Origin: Paraspadella gotoi
Lineage: Eukaryota > Animalia > Chaetognatha
Direction: 5' to 3'
Length of the DNA: 64,000 nucleotides
Assembly: GCA_051294375.1 (NCBI GenBank)
Contig: CM119269.1
Location: 8,567,619-8,631,618 of the forward strand
This document shows, one piece after another, positions 25,291 to 37,715 of the stretch. The notes under the pieces were generated by a model, which worked only from the letters and a program-made list of their open reading frames with translations, was not told the DNA's origin and ran no database searches. Made by a program: the position numbers and the translations under genes. Position 1 is the first letter of the stretch. Each line of letters starts with the position of its first letter.

Positions 25291-26387
25291 ATTACCGTTT
25301 CCCTTCTCGACGATTTTCGAACCTTCCACACGAACAGAGCATTTTTTATTACGCGGTCCATTCCCCCCCTTTTTACAAGCTTATAACGGCCGTGCTTAGT
25401 TATGCATCCATTGAGTGAACCTTTTACAGAGAGATGATAACAAACATGAAATGTGTACAGCAACTATACGTATTTCACTATTTAATTCTCATGAATATCT
25501 AGGCGAGATGAGACGTAGACCTGTCGTTCATTTCAACAAATGGGATTTATTAGAATACTGAGTGCTGTTTAACCTGAACTAGAGTTACTACTGCACATTT
25601 GACTGTTTCTAACTACAGAGCCAGTGATGCAACACGATTTCAATGGCTTATCAACTCAATCCTACGACTGAAGGCATCCCTTAAGCAGTTCCCCTGTAGC
25701 GAGAGCATCTCTCCGTTGTTCCCTTTGTCAACGAAGACAGCGATAGATATAACTGTTAAGTTGCGATACTTAATTACTTATTGATTTTGTTGAAGAAAGA
25801 GGCTGAATTCGAGTAGGGAGCTACGTTGGTAAGTTACCCTCGCGCTAAAAGTTTTTGGACCTTTATACTATAAGTTTAAACGGTATATTTAAAAATTCTG
25901 ATAATACTTATCAGTATTGACACCGACTTCCTTGAGTTCAAACGAGCGCGCAAAACCGCAAAAACGTCGCTCCTTTAAGAAAACCGGTTTTTTGATGGAA
26001 ACGCCGGAAATCGAAAAAAGTGACCGGGAGTTTTACCGGAATCGATCCGCGCGGTAGCCGAACTTTTTCGAGGACGGCGGGTCAATAGAGGAGGCGGCGA
26101 AGGCAGCTAGGGCGGCCGACCTCATCTGATTCCAGGTTTCAATAAAAAAACCCGAGAAACGGAAAAAAAAATAGAATGAAAGAAAATGAAGAAAAGAAAA
26201 ACAGAAGAGAAAAGAAAAAAAGAAAGAAAGAAAGAGATTTTCCACGGGCGTTCTTTTCGCGGTCAAACCGCCATTCTCTCTCCTCTCTCTACTCTCTCTC
26301 TCTCTCTCCTCATCTCTCTCTCTCTCTCTCTCGCTCCTCTCTCTCTCTCCTCGTTCGGTTCGCTCCCAATCCATTATTGAATCATTT
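18989..26387 (+). repeat. Copy 2 of the ~7.4-kb tandem duplication (a partial third copy lies at ~18611-18885)
   Basis: Starts right after the 10-N gap (18979-18988) with the same sequence as 11163. Confidence 0.9.
24945..25158 (+). repeat. ~22-bp minisatellite ATCATCGCATCAATGAATGACT (noisier copy at ~17300-17540)
   Basis: About 9 visible units, drifting towards ATCATCGCATCAATATTTGGTT. Confidence 0.8.
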
Positions 26388-26500
26388 GGACGACGACGAG
26401 GACATCGGCCCAGGACGAAGAGGAGGAGGAAGAGGATGAGGAAGAGGAAGGCCGGCTTTGACGAAGGAGAAAAAGGAGGAATGAGAATAGATGGAGGAGC

Positions 26501-26974
26501 GCGCGAAAAAACGGTCGGTCTCTCTCTCTCTCTCTCTCTCGTCGATCGGTCTCTTCTCTCTCATCTGCTGGTCTGCTCATCTTCTCGTCTCTCCCTCAGT
26601 CCTCTCTCAGCTCTCCTATCTCTCGTCTCTCTCTCCTCTCTTCCCCGCCAAAATCTCTCTGTCTCTCGATCTTCGTCGTCGATGTTTTCGATCGATCGAT
26701 TCGCGAAGGTTTTTTCCCTCAAAATCTTCGTCGAAGTCTCCAATTTGATCCAGGGTCGACGACGATGACGACGATGACGACGAAGGCCTCAACTACAAAA
26801 CTCTGCGGAACCAAAGTGAATCTTCATTCGTTCGTCTCTTGAGTTTTGTCTTCATTTTTTTCCCTTCGACTTTCGGTTTTCGCGCCAATTTTTTTTTCTC
26901 TCACATCTGAAAGTCATCTTCGTTTCACTTTCACAATTCACATCGACTCTGACAATCCGAATTCATTCGCGCCA
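26501..26974. promoter_or_regulatory. Cluster of E2F-binding motifs upstream of E2F7/8
   Basis: GCGCGAAA at 26501, TTCCCCGCCAAA at 26641, TTTTCGCGCCAA at 26877 and TTCGCGCCAA at ~26965. Confidence 0.55.
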
Positions 26975-27039
26975 ACCCTAGTCTCGGCGAAGTCTTGTCA
27001 CAACTCTCTATCACCGATTGTAAACTAATCATCAACGCC

Positions 27040-27067
27040 ATGTCAGTTTCCGTGGCGTTGTCCCCCA

Positions 27068-27101
<34 letters not shown>

Positions 27102-27716
27102 ACCTTCCTCCGGATCTCCGCGCGTCTTTCACAAAAAGTTTTCGCGAATTAGACCGCGCGGCGGCGGCTTTAAACCGCGCGCGCTTTTGGCCGACGCTGA
27201 CAAGGAGAACGGTGGTGGCGTCGATGAGAACGACGAGAACGCCGCTCAGACGACGACGCCGTCTATCGCCTCCCGAATGACGCCGTCGAAGGCCAAGATC
27301 GAGAGGGCGCCGAAACGCGCGTCGCCGCGAGAAGATTCGACGCCGAAACGTCGGAGTCTCGCGGCGCTGAATACGAACGCGGCGCCGTCGCTGTCGCCCA
27401 TCGATTCCAACGCGAACTTTCCTTGGTGAGTTTGGTTTTTATCGATCGGTGAAATCCAATGTATCTCACTTTAATTTGATCACAATTTTTCTCTATGATA
27501 AAATTATAAAATACCCAGGTTTACATTAAAACTGAGACCGACAGATCGACAAGACAGATAGAATTTACCAATCTTGAATAACTTAAATAGTAACTTTAAT
27601 CAAATTACCGCTTCACGTTTGCATTATGGTTGTTTTACTTAAACAATGACATTCATTGTACTTAGCCATTGGCCATGTGTTCTGTGTTTAAGCGGGAAGC
27701 CGGGAGGGAAAAACGG

Positions 27717-27791
<75 letters not shown>

Positions 27792-30700
27792 ACTAAATAA
27801 AGAAATGTCGAAAAAAATTTTTAACAGAAATTCTAGATGAAGTTCACTTTTAAAATATCTAATTTAATCTAATTTCCCAACTTTCATAATTTTTTTTTAC
27901 GTCATCTTTTCAACTCACTTGTCTCTGTCTCCTTTTCTCTCTCTTCTCTCTTCTCTCTTCTCTCATCTCTCTTCTCTCTTCTCTCTTCTCTCATCTCTCT
28001 TCTCTCATCTCTCTTCTTCACTCTATGTCCTCCAGTTTGTGAGCCACGACTGTTTCACGTTCGAGTCCTGATTTGTTTTGATTCACAGAATCCGACTGAC
28101 TCACACAGTCGCTCTGTTGCTGCCCAGATGTTCGAACCGTTGGCAACCCGAGAATAATAAACCGCCGCGTTAATCTTGTAATATTTAAAACAACAATGCC
28201 CGGCTTTTTTATAGTCCGCCTCTAATATTATTATTTTTAAAATTAAAAGAGAAAAAAAAAGGATTTTTATTCTCTAGCCTTAGTAGGAGAANNNNNNNNN
28301 NNNNNNNNNNNNNNNNNNNNNNNNNNNNNNNNNNNNNNNNNNNNNNNNNNNNNNNNNNNNNNNNNNNNNNNNNNNNNNNNNNNNNNNNNNNNNNNNNNNN
28401 NNNNNNNNNNNNNNNNNNNNNNNNNNNNNNNNNNNNNNNNNNNNNNNNNNNNNNNNNNNNNNNNNNNNNNNNNNNNNNNNNNNNNNNNNNNNNNNNNNNN
28501 NNNNNNNNNNNNNNNNNNNNNNNNNNNNNNNNNNNNNNNNNNNNNNNNNNNNNNNNNNNNNNNNNNNNNNNNNNNNNNNNNNNNNNNNNNNNNNNNNNNN
28601 NNNNNNNNNNNNNNNNNNNNNNNNNNNNNNNNNNNNNNNNNNNNNNNNNNNNNNNNNNNNNNNNNNNNNNNNNNNNNNNNNNNNNNNNNNNNNNNNNNNN
28701 NNNNNNNNNNNNNNNNNNNNNNNNNNNNNNNNNNNNNNNNNNNNNNNNNNNNNNNNNNNNNNNNNNNNNNNNNNNNNNNNNNNNNNNNNNNNNNNNNNNN
28801 NNNNNNNNNNNNNNNNNNNNNNNNNNNNNNNNNNNNNNNNNNNNNNNNNNNNNNNNNNNNNNNNNNNNNNNNNNNNNNNNNNNNNNNNNNNNNNNNNNNN
28901 NNNNNNNNNNNNNNNNNNNNNNATTTTTATTCTCTAGCCTTAGTAGGAGAATAAGCCATTAGTGAGGATGGTTTCTTTTTTTATTACTTCCTCGGAGGAG
29001 ACGAAAATTAGAGCTGTCAAGACCAAAGTTTAAGTTTAGCCCATATCTGCGTAACTTAACGTTGTAAAGTCAGTAACTGACAGATGTAGATCTGACCATT
29101 GTGACCAAGTAGCTAGCTACTCGGCATTTACTTTTAAAAAGACAAACGATGAGAATGAAAATTATGATTACGTGAAAAANNNNNNNNNNNNNNNNNNNNN
29201 NNNNNNNNNNNNNNNNNNNNNNNNNNNNNNNNNNNNNNNNNNNNNNNNNNNNNNNNNNNNNNNNNNNNNNNNNNNNNNNNNNNNNNNNNNNNNNNNNNNN
29301 NNNNNNNNNNNNNNNNNNNNNNNNNNNNNNNNNNNNNNNNNNNNNNNNNNNNNNNNNNNNNNNNNNNNNNNNNNNNNNNNNNNNNNNNNNNNNNNNNNNN
29401 NNNNNNNNNNNNNNNNNNNNNNNNNNNNNNNNNNNNNNNNNNNNNNNNNNNNNNNNNNNNNNNNNNNNNNNNNNNNNNNNNNNNNNNNNNNNNNNNNNNN
29501 NNNNNNNNNNNNNNNNNNNNNNNNNNNNNNNNNNNNNNNNNNNNNNNNNNNNNNNNNNNNNNNNNNNNNNNNNNNNNNNNNNNNNNNNNNNNNNNNNNNN
29601 NNNNNNNNNNNNNNNNNNNNGAAGACGACGATGACGACGACGAGTATGAAGACGACGATGTGAACAAAATAGACATTAGACAACAACGTCAGTGACATTT
29701 TTTTACAAGTTGACAAGTTGACACTCACTGACAATCACCGTGACGATCTCCAGGGAGACGACAACGATGCCGACAACCGCCGACAACCTCAGCTTTGTCG
29801 GTCAAGGGATGTCGAGAGACGGGAATCTTACGAAGTGCTGGGGGCCGGGGGCCCGCCCATTTTTTTTTTTTTTTTTACATCGCGAGAATAATAATTTTTA
29901 AATCCGCAGGTCTTCGGACGATTCCTCCGTCATCAGCGGCCAACCTCGTCAATCCACTTCGGCCGCCGAGTCTCTCTGCTTCGCCTCCTTCACGCCGCTT
30001 CAGGCAAACGCCCTGCAGCGGCAGAATTCGCCACGAACGGCACTGCAGCAAATCAACAACAACAGCAACAACAGTCAAATCGCAATCAATAACAACAATC
30101 GAGTCTTTCTCAACAACAACAACAGCCCGTCCGGCTTTTCGACGCCAAAGAAGTTCAAATCCCCGGATGTGGAGGAAGAGTCGCCCCTTACCCCGACAAC
30201 CAATTTAAAGGTAAGTTTGCGAGAACGGGGAGGAGATAGATAAAAAGATCTGCCAAGATCACGGTCGGCGTTTCACGTCGCCTTGAGCGACTAAAAATGT
30301 CAAACAATTCGATTTGCATATTGCCGTTTTTCTTTCAAGTCAACTTAGCAAGCGATACATAACGTCTTTCTAATTTTGTTTCTTAAATTACGAACCGAGA
30401 TGTCAGACAGAAAGTGAGGCCGCAGAATTAGTTTGTGGGTGTTATGTTAATTAGGGTGAAAAAAGTTATTTCTGGCTTGGGAAAAAATCTATACGACGAA
30501 GAGTTTTTTGCTCACTCTTAAAACCGAAACTCTCGCTAAATGCTATTAAATTTTAGTTTCTAAGTTTGAAACCGCATTTGTCATCTGCATAAAGAATGAA
30601 GTCTTTTCTGTGCCTTAACTTACCCACCATCTCATCCTACCCAGCTGCTCCTCTCCGCGGCCTCGCCCGAAATCCGCCAACGCACAGAGTCCCTTCGAAA

Positions 30701-33613
30701 GAGAGAGGGTTCGACACAAGACAACAACGACAACAACCAGCGAATCGGCGCCAGTTTCGAAACTCCGAAAAAACAGTCCAAACCTGACTCTTCGTTCGGC
30801 GAGGCGAAGAAAAACACCGACAATCATCCTCGACGTCGATTGGCCAAAATCCTCGCACCAATCTCGGCTGATATCTCTACCGGCCAATCGGCGTTCGCTA
30901 CATCCCGCCTCGCCGAGTCGGCGACCAATCAGGAGCCAGCTCACTCTTCGATCAGCTGGGATCACAACTCGAGGGAATCTTGGTCGTCTCACGGAAGCGG
31001 CAGCTGTGGCAGCAACGTCAGCGGCTGCAACATCAGCGCCTTCACTTGCTGCGGGAGCGACCTCAGCAGCAACTCCAACGGAGAATGGTCGGCCACGTTG
31101 GAGCGAAGGGCCGAAGCCGCGCCGCTCCAGCGGGACCTTTCCTTCGATAGGATTGAGTTCGGTGAGAAGGGGGAAACTGTTGTTTCACTGTTAAGTGTTT
31201 TTTACTGAACAACTTAACTTTTTAACGAATTCCTTCTTGATTTTATTTTATTCTTTATTTCCACTTATCTTTTATTTTTATTTAATTTCAACGTATCTTT
31301 CAGTCTAAAATGGGTACAAAAAATTTACTATATTTAATTTTTTTATCTATCCATTTCGCTAACCGCTTCCCTCCCTCGTTTGCTTGCTTGTTTGCTCTCT
31401 TCCTATCTTTGCTTGCTCCTTTTCTTTGACCGGTCCATGTCTTTGTCCGCTTCCTTTCTTGAAATAGCTTGCTCCTTAACCCTGCTTGCACCAGAATCAA
31501 GCTTTTCTCTTAATCTAAGCATTCCTTTTTCTTCTTTTAAGTTTCATCGACGACAGAAGACGAAGATTCTCTCCTCAGTTTGGACAGCAGCGCCTCCACG
31601 CCCACGAACGGACGCAAGGACAAGTCTCTCGGCCTCCTTTGTTCCAGGTAAAGTTTCTCCTCATCATTGTCTTTGTAAATGTCATTGACCTTTTACGTCG
31701 TTATTGTTTTCAGTATGGGCATAGTAGTTTAGATTCGTTTTGGTTTCTCTTTCGCGACATTTCGGACTGTCAGCTTAAAGAATTCGCTCGAACTCTTTCT
31801 ATTTTTCTTGTTCTTTTTTTTTCCTTGATTGCTTTCAAGGCTCCGAAGCGAACCAATTGCTCTAAGCTGTTTCACCGTTTTCTTCAGTCAGCCGAGTTGT
31901 TATTGTTGTAGCCGTTTCGACTGTCTTTTGTTTGTGTCTGCGTTTCCACAAACAACCGGGTTAAGGACAAGATTCTCAAGTTGAGGCTCCTGATGTTGTT
32001 TTAGATTCCATTTTCAAAACAATTAAGACCAATTTCTTTGGAAGATATTGTTTCTTGGCAATGTTTTCGTACAGACTTTTGACCATTAAGTCGATCTCTT
32101 TGATCTGGGTCAACTATTGCGTTTCATTCACTTATCACCATTAGTTCCTATAGTTTGAAAAGTTAAAGCTAGAATTTTACAAATTTTGTGAACCACGCAT
32201 TTCCGGATCGAGTTTTTGTTCGCTCTACCACAAATCTACATCACAATGATAACAGCGATATTCAGCCCGGCCTCGCGCTGTCCCCGTACAAAGGCGGTCC
32301 GAAAAAAGACGATACTAACAAAGGCTTCAACGAATTATGGTCGATACTAACAAAGAACCTGCTACGAATTAAGATTTATACTAACAAAGGCTGAAGCGAA
32401 ATTCTGTGCGGACGCGGACCTCAAGTTCCGAACCCCGGCGCGTCCGAATTCTGTGTACGAACAAAAAAAAGAAACCTCTGCGTCTGCAGACGCCAAGCGT
32501 CCCTTTCGCTGCCTCCGCCCTCCATCGGCCAATGAGATAATAAAATCCTTTCCTTTCGATCTCCGGTTTTCGTGACGGATCTTTTGTGCTCAATTTTTCC
32601 CGCCGAAGATTCTTTGTTTGGGGGTTTTACTTTCTCTCTCTCGCTCTCTCTCTCTGGATCTCTCGCTCTCTCCCTTTCTCTCATGTTGTCCCCCCTCATC
32701 TCTCTCTTTCCCTCCTTTTTGCTCTCTTTCCCTGCCTTTTCTCTTGTCTCATTTCCTTTTCTTTTTCCTTTTCTTTTTCTTTTTCCTTACCCTTTCATCT
32801 CTCTCCCGCTTCTTTTTTTATTTCCGATCTTAACTGGCGCCTTCAAACTGATTTCCGCCAAGTTGGGACCAAAGTTTTCTTTGTATCTTTTCCAATTCCC
32901 CTCTTATTCTCCTCTTGCCCCCTTTGCCCCCCTTTTGCCCCCCCCCCTTCTCGCTGGGTCTGTTGTCTCTCCGGCCCACGTGAACTCAGCTTTTCTTGTG
33001 ATCCGCAGGTCCGTCGATAAATATTTTCTGATAAAAACTTAAATCTGTCTCACGTTATACGTTAGTTTATATTATAAAGTATGAAAATGTAAATGAGCAA
33101 CTGTAGAAAAAGTTAACTCATCCCTAAATCTGAGAAATTATGATGTGAAACATGGGCAGGCGAATCGCAGTTGGGGAGAAGAGAGAGAGAGAGAAGAGAG
33201 AGAGGAGAGAGAGAGGAGAGAGAGAAGAGAGAGAGAGCAGGCTATACTCAGAAACCTCGATCAGCCAGCGTCCGGGAGCAGCAGGCGGCGGCCGAGCGGT
33301 TCTCCCTACGACTTATCGCTCGGCTCTTTTACTCCCTCCTCTTCCTTCCTTATCTCCGGATCCGCGCGACTGCAAAGTCGATCGGTCTGAGCCGCAGTGG
33401 ATAACTTACTCTTTTCTCTCTCTTTACCTGTCACGCCGAGTCTTCTCTCTGTCTCAGCGGATGATTATGGGTCGGTAGTCTTTTTTTGATATAATTGCTC
33501 GGTGGACGGCTGCGTCGGAGAGCTGAGTATATGACTCAGAGAGGGATAAAATAGAAAAAGAATATCTCTCACGGAAGCCCGACTAATCGATTCCCGTCCC
33601 TCGATTTCGCGAC

Positions 33614-33691
<78 letters not shown>

Positions 33692-34555
33692 CTGAGATTA
33701 AAAGATTAAAACTTGAACTCATCACGAATTTACAACTCGATTCTCTCTCACTCACCATCTTTGTGGCGACGACCACAGTGACGAAGACACGAAGACGACC
33801 ACAAAGACTTTAGATAGCCACCAACGAACGATAGCAAATACACGACGATAACGATGTATCTTTCGAGGACAACGTCGACCACAGCTAAGACAACGACGAT
33901 GATAGTGACGACAATCGTATGGCCAAAGACAGTGACGACAACGACAATGAGGACGACGATGATAACAACAACAATGAGGACGACGACGACGGGACGTCGA
34001 CTGCCGAGATTCAACGCCTCCGCAATCGAGGGCGATGGTGAATCCTCTCCTCTGCCCCGCGGCGATAGTCCTCTCTCTTCTTCTCTCTCTCTCTCTCTGG
34101 TCCGAGACAAAAGAACAATGAAGATGCGAATCGGTTTTTTTAAGGGATCGACTCTGATTCGTCGTGGATGTGGGGGACGAGGGGTGGTGGGGGGAATTTG
34201 GGTGAGTAGGGGAAAATAGGGGGGTGGGAGAGTTTGTGGGGGTCGAAAGAGAAAGGAAAAGGTCAGGTGAGGAAAGGAGAGAAGAAAATTAGGAAGGGGT
34301 GAAATAGAGAAAAGATATAAAGGGATAGATGGAGGGAAAGAAAAAAGGGAAAAAAATAAAAATTATGATTAATAGGTAAAACAATTATAGAAATTGGTCA
34401 ACCAATATAAATTATCCATTCATTCAATAATAAGCTATCTTGTCCCTGACTTTGGACAGGCTTTGGTGGTTTAAGGCCTCCATCACACTTAAAGATAATA
34501 ACATAGCAGGTTTCTGCAATCTCTGCAATGTAATTTATATTTATATTTCTTTACG

Positions 34556-34616
<61 letters not shown>

Positions 34617-35863
34617 TCAAACCCAGTCGATCGAAAAAAGGATTTGAATCTTCCCTGCTTTTGGAAGCGATAAAAAGTGGCATCGAAGAGAAATTGCCGT
34701 GTGTCGGTTGGCGGGCGGCCGACGACGACGGCCGACGACGGCTTAGGAATTAGGATTTTGTTTTGTTTCGCTCGAGTTAGCGGCCGGGTCGGTCGGTCGG
34801 TCTGTCCGGCGCTCGGACGACTTGTGTCAGACGACGATGGATGTTTAGTTTAAGAAAATTTAATTGAATAATAAATGTATGAAAAGTCTCAGCGATGATT
34901 AAATTGCGGTAAAATTAAGTAAAGAGAGCTTTCGTTCTTAATAAAAAGTAAAATAAATTTCAAAATAATTTAATTTTACAACATTTACTCAAGATAAAAC
35001 AATTTATCTTTTTTTTTTCCCCGCACCGTCTGTTTCACGATGATTTGTCATTTCGTNNNNNNNNNNGTGGCGACGACCACAGTGACGAAGACCACGAAGA
35101 CGACCACAAAGACTTTAGATAGCCACCAACGAACGATAGCAAATACGACGACGATAACGATGTATCTTTCGAGGACAACGTCGACCACAGCTAAGACAAC
35201 GACGATGATAGTGACGACAATCGTATGGCCAAAGACAGTGACGACAACGACAATGAGGACGACGATGATAACAACAACAATGAGGACGACGACGACGGGA
35301 CGTCGACTGCCGAGATTCAACGCCTCCGCAATCGAGGGCGATGGTGAATCCTCTCCTCTGCCCCGCGGCGATAGTCTCTCTCTCTCTCTCTCTCTCTCTG
35401 GTCCGAGACAAAAGAACAATGAAGATGCGAATCGGTTTTTTTAAGGGATCGACTCTGATTCGTCGTGGATGTGGGGGACGAGGGGTGGTGGGGGGAATTT
35501 GGGAGTGAGTAGGGGAAAATAGGGGGGTGGGAGAGTTTGTGGGGGTCGAAAGAGAAAGGAAAAGGTCAGGTGAGGAAAGGAGAGAAGAAAATTAGGGAAG
35601 GGGTGAAATAGAGAAAAGATATAAAGGGATAGATGGAGGGAAAGAAAAAAGGGAAAAAAATAAAAAATTATGATTAATAGGTAAAACAAATATGAAATTG
35701 GTTCAACCAATATAAAAATTATCCATTCATTCAATAAATAAGCTATCTTGTCCTGACTTTGGACAGGCTTTGGTGGTTTAAGGCCTCCATCACACTTACA
35801 AGATAATAACATAGCAGGTTTCTGCAATTCTGCAATGTAATTTATATTTATATTTCTTTACGG

Positions 35864-35944
<81 letters not shown>

Positions 35945-37230
35945 CCCAGTCGATCGAAAAAAGGATTTGAATCTTCCCGCTTTTTTTTTGAGGAAGCGAT
36001 AAAAAGTGGCATCGAAGAGAAATTGCCGTGTGTCGGTTGGCGGGCGGCCGACGACGACGGCCGACGACGGCTTAGGAATTAGGATTTTGTTTTGTTTCGC
36101 TCGAGTTAGCGGCCGGGTCGGTCGGTCGGTCTGTCCGGCGCTCGGACGACTTGTGTCAGACGACGATGGATGTTTAGTTTAAGAAAATTTAATTGAATAA
36201 TAAATGTATGAAAAGTCTCAGCATGATTAAATTGCGGTAAAATTAAGTAAAGAGAGCTTTCGTTCTTAATAAAAAGTAAAATAAATTTCAAAATAATTTA
36301 ATTTTACAACATTTACTCAAGATAAAACAATTTATCTTTTTTTTTTCCCCGCACCGTCTGTTTCACGATATTTGTCATTAGTAGTCTCGTTTCGTCGTCG
36401 TCGTCTCAACTTCGTCTCAGAGGCATTCTTAAGAAAAATCTAAGATTATGAATTGAAAATTTTCTTCTCTGCGGAGATTATGGGTCCGAATCATCAATAA
36501 GGTTCTCACGGTTGCCAAGGACGACGGGGAAAAAGATCCAGATTCCAATTTTTAGGATTTGAAGGAATTTTTGACAGAGGAAGAGCGGACCACATTTTTT
36601 CCTGACCAGAAATTGGCGCGAGCTCCTCTTGGCCTTATCACGTTGGGCTTTTCTTGCCGACAGCCCGGACGCCTCGTGGCTGAAATTAGGCCAAAGCTTT
36701 TCTTGGCAACCGCGAATCTTAATCGCAAAAACGGGGTGCAATTTCGACAGCGTGATTTCATGGGAGTAACGGTTCATTGCTCAATTTCTATTGTTTCCCA
36801 AGTGACTGATTGGCCGCGCATCTATTCAAACATTTGTCAAGTTTGTCTCGGTGACTGATTACAAAAGAGATTGGCGATCAATCATTTGTTCTTTAATTTC
36901 TATTTAATATCTACTTAATTTATTACCTTAGCTCCGTGTTTGCCCTTTGAGGCGTTAGGAAATACATCTACAATAATCTGTAATAATTTTGCGCTGTTAA
37001 AATATTAATATATATTGAAAGTCAAGTAATATTGACATGTTTATCGCAACTTTAGATGATATCTTAATATTATAGTATTACTTTAGGTACATCTGTGTCG
37101 AGTAGAAAAACTTTTAGTTTATCACTTGCCAGCCGGCGAAACGGGCTGACAAATCGTAGCTGTGAATTTCTCTCTCTCTCTCTCTCTTCTCTTTCTCTCT
37201 CTTCTCTCTTCTCTCTATCTGCTTCCTCTC

Positions 37231-37261
<31 letters not shown>

Positions 37262-37673
37262 CTCTCATTATAACAATAACCTTTCACTTTCCTTTCTCCA
37301 GATTCCTGATGATGTACCCGCAGAACCTGACCGGCAATGAAGATCCCGAAAAGATGCTGATTTGCTTGGATAAGATGGCCAAAGATCTGGGTAAGTGAAA
37401 TTTGAGAAGAGTCGAGGGTAAGGTCTCGATTAGAAACAAAAATAAGGGAAAAGAAAAGAAACGTTTTGCCGACAAAACGATGGGCCGACAGAACGAAAGA
37501 TCGACAGACCGACAGATCCCCTTTTTTTAAGGCGTTGCTACACGAAAATTTTTTTCCCCTTCCAACTTCATCTCGCTAATCCGAGAAAAGATTGTCCCGG
37601 ATAACAATCTGATATCGGACCTTATTGAGAAGAGTGCGGAGAATCATATGGGTGCGAGAGAGAGAGAGAGAGA

Positions 37674-37715
<42 letters not shown>

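Noticed and set aside
28263-28951. Identical 29-bp sequence on both sides of an N gap, resembling a TSD or LTR
   Set aside because: Typical contig-end overlap at a scaffolding gap.
29134-29734. ORFs spanning N runs
   Set aside because: Artefacts of translating unknown bases.
33763-36378. 1.3-kb duplication as a real event, and its Thr-rich ORFs as mucin-like genes
   Set aside because: The copies sit exactly either side of a 10-N gap and differ only by small indels; the ORFs are low-complexity triplet-repeat frames inside an intron.
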